From: an uncultured virus (IMG/VR IMGVR_UViG_3300006793_000020)
Lineage: Duplodnaviria; Heunggongvirae; Uroviricota; Caudoviricetes
Reading direction: 5' to 3' (one strand)
Length of the DNA: 64,000 bases
Virus record (IMG/VR): IMGVR_UViG_3300006793_000020
Shown here: positions 1 to 9,149 of the stretch, in pieces
Numbering within the stretch: the first letter of the stretch is position 1
Layout: each line of letters begins with the position of its first letter
The notes under the pieces: model-generated
The model's input: only the letters and a program-made list of their open reading frames with translations
Told to the model about the DNA's origin: nothing
The model's database searches: none
Program-made: the position numbers and the translations under genes

Positions 1-1134
1 ATCTTCTGGTCCAGTTGGTAGGTAACTGCTAGGCACACGCAATGCTCTAAGCATTTTGTTTGTAAAGTAACGTAAGTCATCAATCTGTCCTAAGTTTTCA
101 CCACCTGGTAAAACTTCAACTTTAGATCCACGTCCTTCTGCTGTTTGGGCAAAAAAGTAATCTTCCATGATTGACAGCGGGTTATACGCTGCATCCATAA
201 TACTACTACCACCGCCTGTTTTACTTGGAATACGTTTTTGATGTATTTCGTTTTTCACACGTTCAACAAAACCCATAGCTTTGTTTGGTGGCATATTACC
301 AACGTCTACATAAAACACACGGCGTTCAGGTGCACGTTGCACTCTATAGATAATAATACTATCTTCCAGTAGTTCTTTTTGTTTATAAGTTTTGAAGATA
401 GGATCTAGGATACTTGCACCAAATGGGAATTCGCTATCCATACCTTCTGTTAATGCGGCATGTACAATGTGTGTTGCATCAACGTTATATTCTTGAATGT
501 TTCCTAAACTGTTAGCATACTCTGCGCCACTTGCACCATAGCCGTTACGGTCAATAGTTTGTCCTCGCATCATACTGTTTACAGTAGTGTGAGAATCACT
601 GTGTCTAACTGGCTCGCTTACAGTTTTGTTTTGCATGTTTAAATCAATGTTCTTTAAAACATACTGCTCTGGTTCTTTACCCTTTGCTTCGTTAACAATA
701 ACTTTAGTAACATCAACTGGATTTACATAATACATTTCCCAAGTTTCTGGATCACGGATAAAAAATTGATCACCATACTTAACTGCATTACGGAATGTTC
801 TAAAAATTCGTTTATCCCAGTCTTGTAACTTACACCATTGTCGTAGTGTTTGCTCTAGAATCTTTGTTTCGCTTTCAGTAACATCACCAACATACTTTAA
901 ACTAAATTGTAGTTGTGTTGTTTCGTCCGTTTGTGTGCTAAACTCACTGATAATATCAAGTGCAGCATTTACCTCACTATCCATGTCCATTTGGTCATAT
1001 TGTGAATAACGTTCAACACGGTTAGGTTGACCGCTGTATACTTCAGGTAGCCAGCTTTGGAAACGACTAGACGTGCTAGGTTTCATTTCTTGACTTTGTC
1101 CTTGGTATACTGTAAAGTGCTTTTTCCAGCTCAT
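1..1134 (-). CDS. gp20: T4-like portal protein, 3' end outside window
   Basis: Not in the ORF track; translated by hand from ATG at 1134: MSWKKHF...YDQMDMDSEVNAALDII...LLEDSIIIYRVQRAPERRVFYVDVGNMP...MEDYFFAQTAEGRGSKVEVLPGGENLGQIDDLRYF, which are diagnostic gp20 motifs. Confidence 0.95.
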   Translation of the reverse strand, partial: MSWKKHFTVYQGQSQEMKPSTSSRFQSWLPEVYSGQPNRVERYSQYDQMDMDSEVNAALDIISEFSTQTDETTQLQFSLKYVGDVTESETKILEQTLRQWCKLQDWDKRIFRTFRNAVKYGDQFFIRDPETWEMYYVNPVDVTKVIVNEAKGKEPEQYVLKNIDLNMQNKTVSEPVRHSDSHTTVNSMMRGQTIDRNGYGASGAEYANSLGNIQEYNVDATHIVHAALTEGMDSEFPFGASILDPIFKTYKQKELLEDSIIIYRVQRAPERRVFYVDVGNMPPNKAMGFVERVKNEIHQKRIPSKTGGGSSIMDAAYNPLSIMEDYFFAQTAEGRGSKVEVLPGGENLGQIDDLRYFTNKMLRALRVPSSYLPTGPED

Positions 1135-1156
1135 TGATTTGTCCTATATTTCTTGT

Positions 1157-1185
1157 ATTGTAACATGTATTTATCCAGTTGTCAA
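1157..1185 (-). promoter_or_regulatory. sigma70-type promoter with nested late promoter, upstream of portal
   Basis: Minus strand TTGACA (1185-1180), 17 nt, TACAAT (1162-1157) with extended TG; GATAAATA (1175-1168) lies in the spacer. Confidence 0.7.
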
Positions 1186-1193
1186 GGTATCTA

Positions 1194-3134
1194 TTAATTA
1201 GAACTTGTTGTACTAGTTTTGATAGTTACCTGAGAAAATGCACCATTTTCAACTTTCATAATTGTTACTGGCATAGGGTTCTCAGGTCCGATTTCTTTAC
1301 CATCTGTTGTTTTCATTGCAACAGTAGCCGCAAGTGCGCCTCCAGTGGCGAATAAAGCATTGAGTCCGATACCGTTAAGAGTACTCGGATCCATCTGTCT
1401 ACGGGCTTGATCAGGTCCGGTTGCGCCACCTTTGCGTAATCCAGGAATAGCACCTGCAGCAACACCAGTAACGCCTAGTTGTTTTGCAATTGCCGCTACC
1501 AATAGTCCAATATTAAGACCACGTTCTAATTTACCCGAACCGTCCACGTCTAACAATGATAAGACACCTTGTGCACCACTTAATGCAGTAGTAAACTCAA
1601 TTAAACCGTTCATAAATGTTTGAAACTTTTCTGAGTCTGGCAACCGTTCTAGCTGATTAATAAAATTAGCAAACTTATTTGGATCGTTTGGATTAATATC
1701 AAACGCCTTTAAATAACCATCTAGTAAGTTGTCTTTGATTTTTTGTGATGTTACTGTAAGTTGGTTAGCGATACCAGATAGTACAGCTTCACCTCTTGCA
1801 AGTGATGAATTGAGTTTTTCCAAGTTATCATTAACTAATGTAGAGGATTCAGCTTGTGAGTCTGCATTTGATGCAAATACTTCCATTCTTGCTGTTAATA
1901 ATGCTATTGCACCCTCTTGCCCGGCGGCGGCTCGTGCTAAAATTCCGTCATCAACTTGTATGTTTTTAAATTGACCAGCTAATGCATCTGCGGCGGCGGC
2001 GATTTCAGTAGGATTAGCACCGGCCTGTACCATAGCTGCCATATCTTCAATACTACCACGTAAATTAATACCTTCAGCGCCAGCGGCGGCTGCTAATTGT
2101 GTAAATCCTTCGTTAAATTTATCTATTGGAACACCAGCCATTAAGTTTTTAACTGCTTGCATCATTAATGGCTGCGCTGTGGTACCCATTTGACTCATGC
2201 CTTCAGTAAGTGATTTAAGTGATTCTAGTTGGCCTTCATTCATTCTAGACATTGCGGCGGCATTAACAGCATCTTTTCTAAACTCGTTACGTGCTTTAAT
2301 TCGGTCTTGGACATCTTGGCCTGTTAGTCCAGCCATAACTTCATTTAGCTTCATGTTTTCTTTTATACTATCAATCATGCCAGATCTAGCACCTTCTTCC
2401 AAAAAGGCTTCATTTCTAGTAGCACGTCTGAGTTCAATTTCATCCACCAACAAAGCACTCATTTCTTTTGTGCCCATGCCAAAGAAGCCCATATCTCTTG
2501 ACGCTTCACGCAGAGAATGGTTTAATCGCAAAAATTCATTTGTGCCTTGTTTACTGTTTTCACCTAATGATCTGATTGCCGCACCATTCTCAACAGTAAG
2601 TTTACTAAGTGTTTGCATGTCAAGACCAACTGCGGCGGCGGCTCCACGGAGTTCAACCAAGTCAGCACCCAATCCAGCACCAGTTCTACGTAATGCGCCC
2701 AGTGCATCTCCAAACTCTTCCATGATACCAAACAGTGTACCAAGTTGTGCACCCATTGCGGCAAAACCCATATTGCCCAGCAATCCTTGTTTACCGATCA
2801 TGTCAGATAGTTTACCAGTATCACCGGCTTGTTGCATAGCATTAACTGTATTGCTTGCTCCACGTCCAAGTGTATCCAGTGACAACTCAAGCCTTCTATT
2901 TTGATTTTCTTGTTGTTTGGCGTTCTTTTGTATTTGGCTAGTTAACTGCTTGTTGCTTTTTATTTCATTCTGATCGTTTGATAGACTGATTCCCATTTTA
3001 GATGCAATTTGTTGAAGAGCATCTGTTTGTTTTTGTGATTGGATTAGTACATCTTGTTGTGTTGCTTCCATAGCAAAATCCGGTACTGTAACCGGAACAC
3101 TCTGCCCACCAAAAGGTATATTTACTATTGCCAT
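1194..3134 (-). CDS. Putative tape measure-like protein (646 aa)
   Basis: Ala/Gly/Gln/Met-rich, helical-looking sequence with a hydrophobic segment near the C-terminus; divergent from the gp26-like gene; late promoter upstream. Confidence 0.6.
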   Translation of the reverse strand: MAIVNIPFGGQSVPVTVPDFAMEATQQDVLIQSQKQTDALQQIASKMGISLSNDQNEIKSNKQLTSQIQKNAKQQENQNRRLELSLDTLGRGASNTVNAMQQAGDTGKLSDMIGKQGLLGNMGFAAMGAQLGTLFGIMEEFGDALGALRRTGAGLGADLVELRGAAAAVGLDMQTLSKLTVENGAAIRSLGENSKQGTNEFLRLNHSLREASRDMGFFGMGTKEMSALLVDEIELRRATRNEAFLEEGARSGMIDSIKENMKLNEVMAGLTGQDVQDRIKARNEFRKDAVNAAAMSRMNEGQLESLKSLTEGMSQMGTTAQPLMMQAVKNLMAGVPIDKFNEGFTQLAAAAGAEGINLRGSIEDMAAMVQAGANPTEIAAAADALAGQFKNIQVDDGILARAAAGQEGAIALLTARMEVFASNADSQAESSTLVNDNLEKLNSSLARGEAVLSGIANQLTVTSQKIKDNLLDGYLKAFDINPNDPNKFANFINQLERLPDSEKFQTFMNGLIEFTTALSGAQGVLSLLDVDGSGKLERGLNIGLLVAAIAKQLGVTGVAAGAIPGLRKGGATGPDQARRQMDPSTLNGIGLNALFATGGALAATVAMKTTDGKEIGPENPMPVTIMKVENGAFSQVTIKTSTTSSN

Positions 3135-3152
3135 TAACTACTCACTTTATTA

Positions 3153-3179
3153 GATAAATAACTTATATATGTATTTATA
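3153..3179. promoter_or_regulatory. Face-to-face T4-type late promoters
   Basis: GATAAATA on + (3153-3160) toward the gp26-like gene; TATAAATA on - (3179-3172) toward the tape-measure-like gene. Confidence 0.75.
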
Positions 3180-3187
3180 GGAAGATT

Positions 3188-4027
3188 ATGACAGACCCAC
3201 TACTAGACTTTTACAGACACAAAGAGATGTACATAAAACTGCCTACCGAGGGTAAATGGTACACATCTAACATTAAAATGTCCGATCAAAATGAGATTGG
3301 TGTTATGCCTTTGAGCTTCAAAGACGAAATGTTACTGAGTATTCCAGATAGTGTATATAACGGCGAAAGTTTATTTGAGATACTTAAAAGTATTGTACCT
3401 GACATGGAAAATCCATATGAGATCATGCTACCAGATGTAGACGTTATCTTATTGGCAAGCCGAATTAATAATAACGAAGAAGGTACACTCAGAACAGAAG
3501 CAAAATGCCCACACTGTGAATCAACTGAAGAATATGAGATAAAAATAATAAACATCCTCAATCAAATAAAACCAGTAAACGGTATTGAGATCGAACTTAG
3601 TAACGGACTAACTATTGTTTTTAAACCAAATAGTTTGAAATCTATAACAAGTAATCAGATCAGGATAACTGAAAATGCACAATTGCTACAACAGTTAGAA
3701 AACGAAACTGATCAATTAAAACAGCATGAAATCTTTCAGCAAAGTTTAGAGCGATCAACAGCAGCAAGTATGATGATCCTCGCAGACAGTATCGAAAAAA
3801 TTATCACACCATCCACTGAAGTTATTGACAATATAACATCAATACTTGCTTGGCTATCTAATAGTGACAGCGTAACAATCAAAAAACTACAAGAAATTAA
3901 CCAACAGATCAATGCCAATGGTATTGACAAGGAGTTTAAGTTTGAATGTAGTAATGAAGAATGTGGTAAAAAGTTTAAAAGTGCAGTGGAATTTAACCCA
4001 ACTTTTTTTTTCACAAACGACTCGTGA
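3188..4027 (+). CDS. gp26: Baseplate hub assembly protein, T4 gp26-like
   Basis: YIKLPTEG N-terminus, DVDVILLASR, CPHC and C-x4-C motifs, C-terminal NPTFFF; AGGA upstream. Confidence 0.75.
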   Translation: MTDPLLDFYRHKEMYIKLPTEGKWYTSNIKMSDQNEIGVMPLSFKDEMLLSIPDSVYNGESLFEILKSIVPDMENPYEIMLPDVDVILLASRINNNEEGTLRTEAKCPHCESTEEYEIKIINILNQIKPVNGIEIELSNGLTIVFKPNSLKSITSNQIRITENAQLLQQLENETDQLKQHEIFQQSLERSTAASMMILADSIEKIITPSTEVIDNITSILAWLSNSDSVTIKKLQEINQQINANGIDKEFKFECSNEECGKKFKSAVEFNPTFFFTNDS

Positions 4028-4260
4028 TTAGCCCAGAATCGGCGCAAAGTATGGTTGATAAAATGACCAAAGCAAATCGAGACCTACGAAAACAATTATA
4101 TGATATTGTATTGTACAGTGAAGGTGCATTTAGAGTAGACGAATTGTACCAGATGCCATTATCCCAACTAAGTGAAATTATGGACGCATTCACAGAGAAA
4201 AGGGAAAAAGAAAAAGAAGCAATAGACGCCATGCAAAGCAAAAACACTCGAAAATTTTAA
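4024..4260 (+). CDS. Small gp51-like baseplate assembly protein, possibly the -1 frameshift extension of gp26
   Basis: 78 aa with ELYQMPLSQL motif directly after gp26-like in the -1 frame; no clear RBS; frame open from 3997. Confidence 0.55.
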   Translation: MISPESAQSMVDKMTKANRDLRKQLYDIVLYSEGAFRVDELYQMPLSQLSEIMDAFTEKREKEKEAIDAMQSKNTRKF

Positions 4261-4299
4261 TCTGAAGTGTTCATTTATATCTATGTAAGTTTTATCTTT

Positions 4300-4687
4300 A
4301 TCTGATGTCTTACGACATCATCAATCTTCACTATCGTTCGATTGAATTATTTCATTCGATAACATTAGAAAACGTATATTATATCATGATTGATATAATT
4401 GATTATTACCATGATCTAAAGTCGCACTTAGCCTGATACGGCCAAGCACGACAAAAGATTCTGATATTACCAGTCACCTTGTACACCTTTATAGCAAAAC
4501 TAGTAAACTAGCAGAGGCGGTTGTGCTGTACCCCTTTACATGCTGCTTTCAACGCAAGCTACTGAGTCGCAATAAAGGCTACGTACTCAGAAATACTTCC
4601 AGGTTGTAATAGCTCAACAGAGCCTGGTCATTTGGTTTGTTCGCCCTCAAGTAAGATTCCGAGCTAGTGTTTCTCTAGCCCTCAATA
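4300..4687 (-). ncRNA. Candidate structured non-coding RNA downstream of GIY-YIG gene
   Basis: Largest gene-free gap in the window; several stems that close with G-U pairs only on the minus strand (4421-4452, 4661-4681), plus stems at 4562-4590, 4599-4627 and 4303-4320 (GUAA loop on minus strand). Confidence 0.55.
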
Positions 4688-5128
4688 CTATGGTTTCAAG
4701 GAGGGTATGTTATTTTTTAGTGATTCTTTGAGAGCCTGAGATCCGCCGATGCGGACATTTATTATGCCATTATAGTATTCATCAGTGAGTAAAACCTCTC
4801 TGTCGAATTGTTCTTTTGCCTCAAGGTAGGAAAGTTGACCACGTGTTGTACAAAAATATAAGATTTCTCTACTAAAGTTTTCTGGGCCTAATTCGTCTAC
4901 GTCTGCCTGTAGTTTGTCTGACGATCCCCAATAGTCTCGCCAATCACTTTCTACTAATGATTTTCTTTTTCTCTTTTTGCCTTTAAGTGGTGGCCTAGTT
5001 TTTTTGAACTTGGCTAATTTTTTGCCTATGTATTTTTTATCGTTAGTCAGATTTGTAATGATGTATACAAAACCAATATAATCATCTGGTATCTCTTCAA
5101 CAAGGATACCATGGTGTGTCCAATGCAT
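4688..5128 (-). CDS. GIY-YIG family endonuclease (EndoII/Seg-like, catalytic domain only)
   Basis: GFVYIIT...KYIGKK, basic insert, ESDWRDYWGSS, YLEAKEQF, YYNG. Confidence 0.8.
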   Translation of the reverse strand: MHWTHHGILVEEIPDDYIGFVYIITNLTNDKKYIGKKLAKFKKTRPPLKGKKRKRKSLVESDWRDYWGSSDKLQADVDELGPENFSREILYFCTTRGQLSYLEAKEQFDREVLLTDEYYNGIINVRIGGSQALKESLKNNIPSLKP

Positions 5129-5172
5129 ACGTACTATATATCATTTATCATCAAAATCTACTGATTATGGTA

Positions 5173-5904
5173 TTAAAAATGCCGTTTTATGTGCCTTTGA
5201 AGTATTTCGTGTGTTTCTTGCCAGTTAGTTACATTGTGCGAGGTGCCATTATCAAGTTCGTTAATTGCCATTGCTAGTGTGTAGTCGTTGCCATTGGGTG
5301 TAATTTTATCGCCAAAAAAGTGTATAATATCTGATGTTTCGAAGTATTGTAGTATTTGTGCCTTGTCTTTGCCTTTTTGTATTATGTCGATACTTACTTT
5401 GCCACCAACCACTGCAGATGATTTGTAGCCAAATAGATCGGTAAATTGTTTTACAATTGATTTACGTTCATTACGATCATTGTCCCAATTGTGATATGCT
5501 TGGCGGTCCATTAAGCTACTGTCTCTTGCAATAACACTAAAGTTTGCACAGCCAATTCGTTGTTCTATATTGTGATGTTGACTAACTGTCTTATCAAAAA
5601 ACTTACTATCTTCAGCTTTTTCCATCAAAAACCAATATTCTTCTCCTGATAACTTCCATGTACTTTTGTACTTGTCTTCACCATCTTGCATGACATGATT
5701 GCCACTACTTAAAAATAGTGTATCGAATTTATCAGTAAGTTCTTTTCCAAGTTGTTGTTCAACCTTTGCATAGTCACTGCCAGTACAGATACTGCACGAG
5801 TACTTGTCAGTAAACTCATGCATAAAATCTTTAAACTGTGTGTCAATATGCTCTCGAGCATTAGTTAGTGTGCCATCGAGATCAAAAATATAATTAGTCG
5901 TCAT
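5173..5904 (-). CDS. HAD-IIB hydrolase, eukaryote-type phosphomannomutase-like
   Basis: FDLDGTLT, TGSD, IEQRIGCANFS, GGKVSIDI, DKAQIL, FFGDK...GNDY. Confidence 0.8.
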   Translation of the reverse strand: MTTNYIFDLDGTLTNAREHIDTQFKDFMHEFTDKYSCSICTGSDYAKVEQQLGKELTDKFDTLFLSSGNHVMQDGEDKYKSTWKLSGEEYWFLMEKAEDSKFFDKTVSQHHNIEQRIGCANFSVIARDSSLMDRQAYHNWDNDRNERKSIVKQFTDLFGYKSSAVVGGKVSIDIIQKGKDKAQILQYFETSDIIHFFGDKITPNGNDYTLAMAINELDNGTSHNVTNWQETHEILQRHIKRHF

Positions 5905-6166
5905 CTATAACTCCATTATTATACATTTTGGCCCAAATGTCAATCGGTAATTCGCCTTCATCACGTAATTTTTTACGTGACGTATCTTCATATTCACCAA
6001 ATGTGATTCCTGACAGGTTTGAACCAATATAAGTCCCGGTTGATAACGTAGTAGTACTTGCACCAAGATCGGTGACATCAGACAAATCAATACTGTAATC
6101 GCCGCTAATATCGCTATCAGTAGTAATAGTGTAGGTTGATGATGTCCCTAAGTAGTCGTCTCCCAT
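5894..6166 (-). CDS. Hypothetical Ser/Thr/Asp-rich protein (~90 aa)
   Basis: Start placed at ATG 6166, overlapping the upstream TAA; C-terminal LPIDIW motif shared with neighbour. Confidence 0.65.
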   Translation of the reverse strand: MGDDYLGTSSTYTITTDSDISGDYSIDLSDVTDLGASTTTLSTGTYIGSNLSGITFGEYEDTSRKKLRDEGELPIDIWAKMYNNGVIDDD

Positions 6167-6348
6167 TATCCGTCTCCGTATATTTTGTACCAAATATCGA
6201 TTGGTAGTATTCCGTTAGAAAGTAGAAAGATTGGATGCTCAGGACTAGGTCTACTACGTATTGTTTTGCCTTTATCAGGAGACTCAAATATCATGCCTCC
6301 TAGGCTTTGTAGTAAATCTTTATCAATATCATCCAGCAATGTCGACAA
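6166..6348 (-). CDS. Hypothetical protein (60 aa)
   Basis: Fills the operon gap after gp46; IFESPDKGKTI motif; LPIDIW motif. Confidence 0.65.
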   Translation of the reverse strand: MSTLLDDIDKDLLQSLGGMIFESPDKGKTIRSRPSPEHPIFLLSNGILPIDIWYKIYGDG

Positions 6349-8104
6349 TCTCCGTGTCTACACTAAATGATGTAAAGCCATTTTCTTTAATAACTTGTAA
6401 GATAGTATTAACTCTACCTTGCAGTTCATCTCGATGTGAGATGAGGAAAATGTTTTTGCCTCTTTCTCTTTCCATTTTTTTAAGTACACTGAGTGCACTA
6501 TCAACACCATTAGTATCCATTCCACTATCAACAAGTTCATCAATAGCAAGGAAGTTAAGTGGCGTATTCATAGTTTCAAATACATCTCTAAAACTCCAAC
6601 TAAGTCCAAGTATTAGCCTATTACGTTCGCCTCTAGATAAGTTGTCAAAGTCTAGTTCACGACCAAGTTCTGTAATTTCTACAGCGAGATCTGGTTGAAA
6701 CGAAACTTCATGTGGAAGTCCCAGTTTAGTCAAATAGTATGCAAGTCTAGAATTTAGATACTGTAAGTTTTGCTCAATAATACGTTTACGTATAAAGCTA
6801 TCTTTGTTTGTTAACAGTTTGTACAGGAAGTCTTGGTGTTCCTTTATACGCACAAGTTCATTCATCTTATCCCAACTAACTTCTTGTAGTGCAGTTTCCT
6901 TTAGACTGTCAATTTGTTCTTGATATGTATCTGTTTCGGATTGTTTGTTTCCGTATTCTGTAAGTAATTTATCAACTTGGTTCTGGTGTTGAAACGCTTC
7001 TTGCTCTGTATTATAGAGTGTACTTGGTAGTTGACCTAGTTCGCCTATTTCAGTAATCACTTCTGAATGTTCTTGTTCTTGCGAACCGTTAGCTAAAATT
7101 TGCATACGTGCATCAGCTAGTTGGTCTTCTTTATTACGTAGCAATTCTTCATGACTGTTATCGTGTAACTCTTGTCCACATGCATGACATTTTTCATCTT
7201 TAAGTAGTACTATCTCTTTTTCTAGTTTGATAATTTGTTTATCTAGTTTTTTAGTATCAGCATCTATTCTGGAGATCCAGCGGTTAGCATCGTCTAGCCG
7301 ACTCTTCTTTGACAAGTACTCAGCTAGTTCTTTATGCTTTGCGATCTCTGCTTGAATATCAACTTTATCTAATACGTTGATAGCTATTTCTAGTTCTTGC
7401 AGGCTTTCTTGTTTTTTCGTTTGCCAGAGGGTTTGTCGACGCTCAAGGTCACTAATACTCTTCGCAATTGTTTGATTTGCATCTTCAACTGCCTTAATTC
7501 GATACTCTTCTTCTTTGATTGCATCTTTATTCAACCTTTGTTGTTCTTTAAGAGCCTCCGCTTTCTCACTTAACATAGTGATACCAAGTAGTTGTTCAAT
7601 GATCGCTCTTTGATCATTTGCTCTCATACTAAGGAAGGGCTCTGTATATGTATTTAAGGCGATAATATGTTTAAACATATCATGACTCATCCCGAACAGT
7701 TTATCCACTTGTTCTTGTGTTTGGCGGTTCTCACCTTGTGCCTCGTTGCCTTCGTCAGTATCGATATTGTCAACATAAAATTTAAAAAGGTTAGGTTTGC
7801 GACCTCGTTCGATACGATAGTTAACACCATCTTTTTCAAAGTCCAGTGTAACTATCATACCTTTACCATTTGTTTTGTTGATAAGGTTGTCTTTACGTAT
7901 GTTAGTAAGTGCATTACCATACATTGCATATGATAGTGCATTGATTATTGTTGTCTTACCAGTGCCATTACGGCTACCATCTCCGCCTAAGTCAACATTG
8001 TTGCCCAGTACAAGTGTAAGTCCATTGTCGTTAAATCGTACAGCCTGAGTAACATTACCCACACTCATGAAATTCTTGATTGTGATGTCTTTAATAATAA
8101 TCAT
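6329..8104 (-). CDS. gp46: Recombination endonuclease ATPase subunit (SbcC/Rad50-like)
   Basis: KNFMSVGN, Walker A NGTGKTT, coiled coil with CHAC zinc hook, LSRGE signature, LAIDE Walker B, ISH. Confidence 0.95.
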   Translation of the reverse strand: MIIIKDITIKNFMSVGNVTQAVRFNDNGLTLVLGNNVDLGGDGSRNGTGKTTIINALSYAMYGNALTNIRKDNLINKTNGKGMIVTLDFEKDGVNYRIERGRKPNLFKFYVDNIDTDEGNEAQGENRQTQEQVDKLFGMSHDMFKHIIALNTYTEPFLSMRANDQRAIIEQLLGITMLSEKAEALKEQQRLNKDAIKEEEYRIKAVEDANQTIAKSISDLERRQTLWQTKKQESLQELEIAINVLDKVDIQAEIAKHKELAEYLSKKSRLDDANRWISRIDADTKKLDKQIIKLEKEIVLLKDEKCHACGQELHDNSHEELLRNKEDQLADARMQILANGSQEQEHSEVITEIGELGQLPSTLYNTEQEAFQHQNQVDKLLTEYGNKQSETDTYQEQIDSLKETALQEVSWDKMNELVRIKEHQDFLYKLLTNKDSFIRKRIIEQNLQYLNSRLAYYLTKLGLPHEVSFQPDLAVEITELGRELDFDNLSRGERNRLILGLSWSFRDVFETMNTPLNFLAIDELVDSGMDTNGVDSALSVLKKMERERGKNIFLISHRDELQGRVNTILQVIKENGFTSFSVDTEIVDIAG

Positions 8105-9108
8105 AGGTTGTTGTATATATCCACTAATAACTTTTTGTCTATCATTTCACTGTCTACAGCATTTAAGCTATTATACACTATCTGGTCTACATTTTCAACC
8201 TCTAAATCGTCTACTTGCCGCCAATCTTGTGCATGTTCTTCTTTTTTACTGGGCATTAGTGTAATATCACGTAATTGATATTGTGCCGCAAACGTTTCCT
8301 TAATAAAGTTTGCTTCTTCATACGTAATATTCACATCTAGTACAGCACGACAGTATGTATTGTGATTTAAAATAGAGTCAGCATCGTCAATTAGCTTACT
8401 CAGTGGCACAGTTCGATATCTTGGACCATCAAAGTTTAAATGTTCTGGCTTACCGCCCCATTCTAACTTCATCATTCCTCTATCATCGTCCCATGCATCA
8501 GCATAGTTGTGCGGAAATGGTGACCCTAGATAATGAATGTTACCTTTGTGCTGACGCTTGTGGAAATGCCCACTGAATACATATTCAGGACCGTGCAAGT
8601 GGCTTTCATTAATACCACCATGATCAGGCATCTCTACCATTGCGTTCATCTTGAAGTGTGGCAACTCAAAGTGCCCAAACATATAACGTGCTTTTATTTT
8701 GTTGATGTGTTTCCACTCGTCTCCCACTAGCCAGGGTATTAATGCAACATCATCTTGTTGAAATACATCTTCAACTAAGGTAACGTTATCAAATAAGCCC
8801 GCATATGGCAAACTATTAAGTTCACGTTTCTCACGATAGTATAAATCATGGTTGCCCATAATCATATACACCTTTTCAAAGTTTTCGCTTAGTTTCCTTA
8901 CATTGTTTACACTATAATTCAGTGTACTAACGTTAACACCAGCTCTGTGGTGGTGCCAATCGCCTAAAAATATGCAAGTTTCACAGTCTTTGCTGTTCGC
9001 AATAAACCAATCTACGAAATCTTCGCAGTCTTTGTTATGCTGTTTACTATTATTCTTGTTTCCGAAGTGAATGTCAGTAAAACACGCCGCTTTATTAAAA
9101 AATGTCAT
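8101..9108 (-). CDS. gp47: Recombination endonuclease nuclease subunit (SbcD/Mre11-like)
   Basis: Metallophosphoesterase motifs TDIHFG, LGD, GNHD, GHFH; adjacent to gp46. Confidence 0.95.
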   Translation of the reverse strand: MTFFNKAACFTDIHFGNKNNSKQHNKDCEDFVDWFIANSKDCETCIFLGDWHHHRAGVNVSTLNYSVNNVRKLSENFEKVYMIMGNHDLYYREKRELNSLPYAGLFDNVTLVEDVFQQDDVALIPWLVGDEWKHINKIKARYMFGHFELPHFKMNAMVEMPDHGGINESHLHGPEYVFSGHFHKRQHKGNIHYLGSPFPHNYADAWDDDRGMMKLEWGGKPEHLNFDGPRYRTVPLSKLIDDADSILNHNTYCRAVLDVNITYEEANFIKETFAAQYQLRDITLMPSKKEEHAQDWRQVDDLEVENVDQIVYNSLNAVDSEMIDKKLLVDIYNNL

Positions 9109-9114
9109 GTAGTT

Positions 9115-9143
9115 AGAATATACTCTATGTTAGGATTTGTCAA
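9115..9143 (-). promoter_or_regulatory. sigma70-type promoter for gp47/gp46, probably leaderless
   Basis: TTGACA (9143-9138), 17 nt, TATTCT (9120-9115); ATG at 9108. Confidence 0.6.
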
Positions 9144-9149
9144 GTATAA

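Noticed and set aside
2197..2904. 235-aa plus-strand ORF and the many other short antisense or off-frame ORFs in the track
   Set aside because: They lie inside better-supported genes and have no recognisable motifs; treated as shadow ORFs.
4261..4687. tRNA, CRISPR array or intron
   Set aside because: No cloverleaf or T-loop, no repeat-spacer periodicity, and the flanking genes are complete and convergent, so no interrupted host gene.
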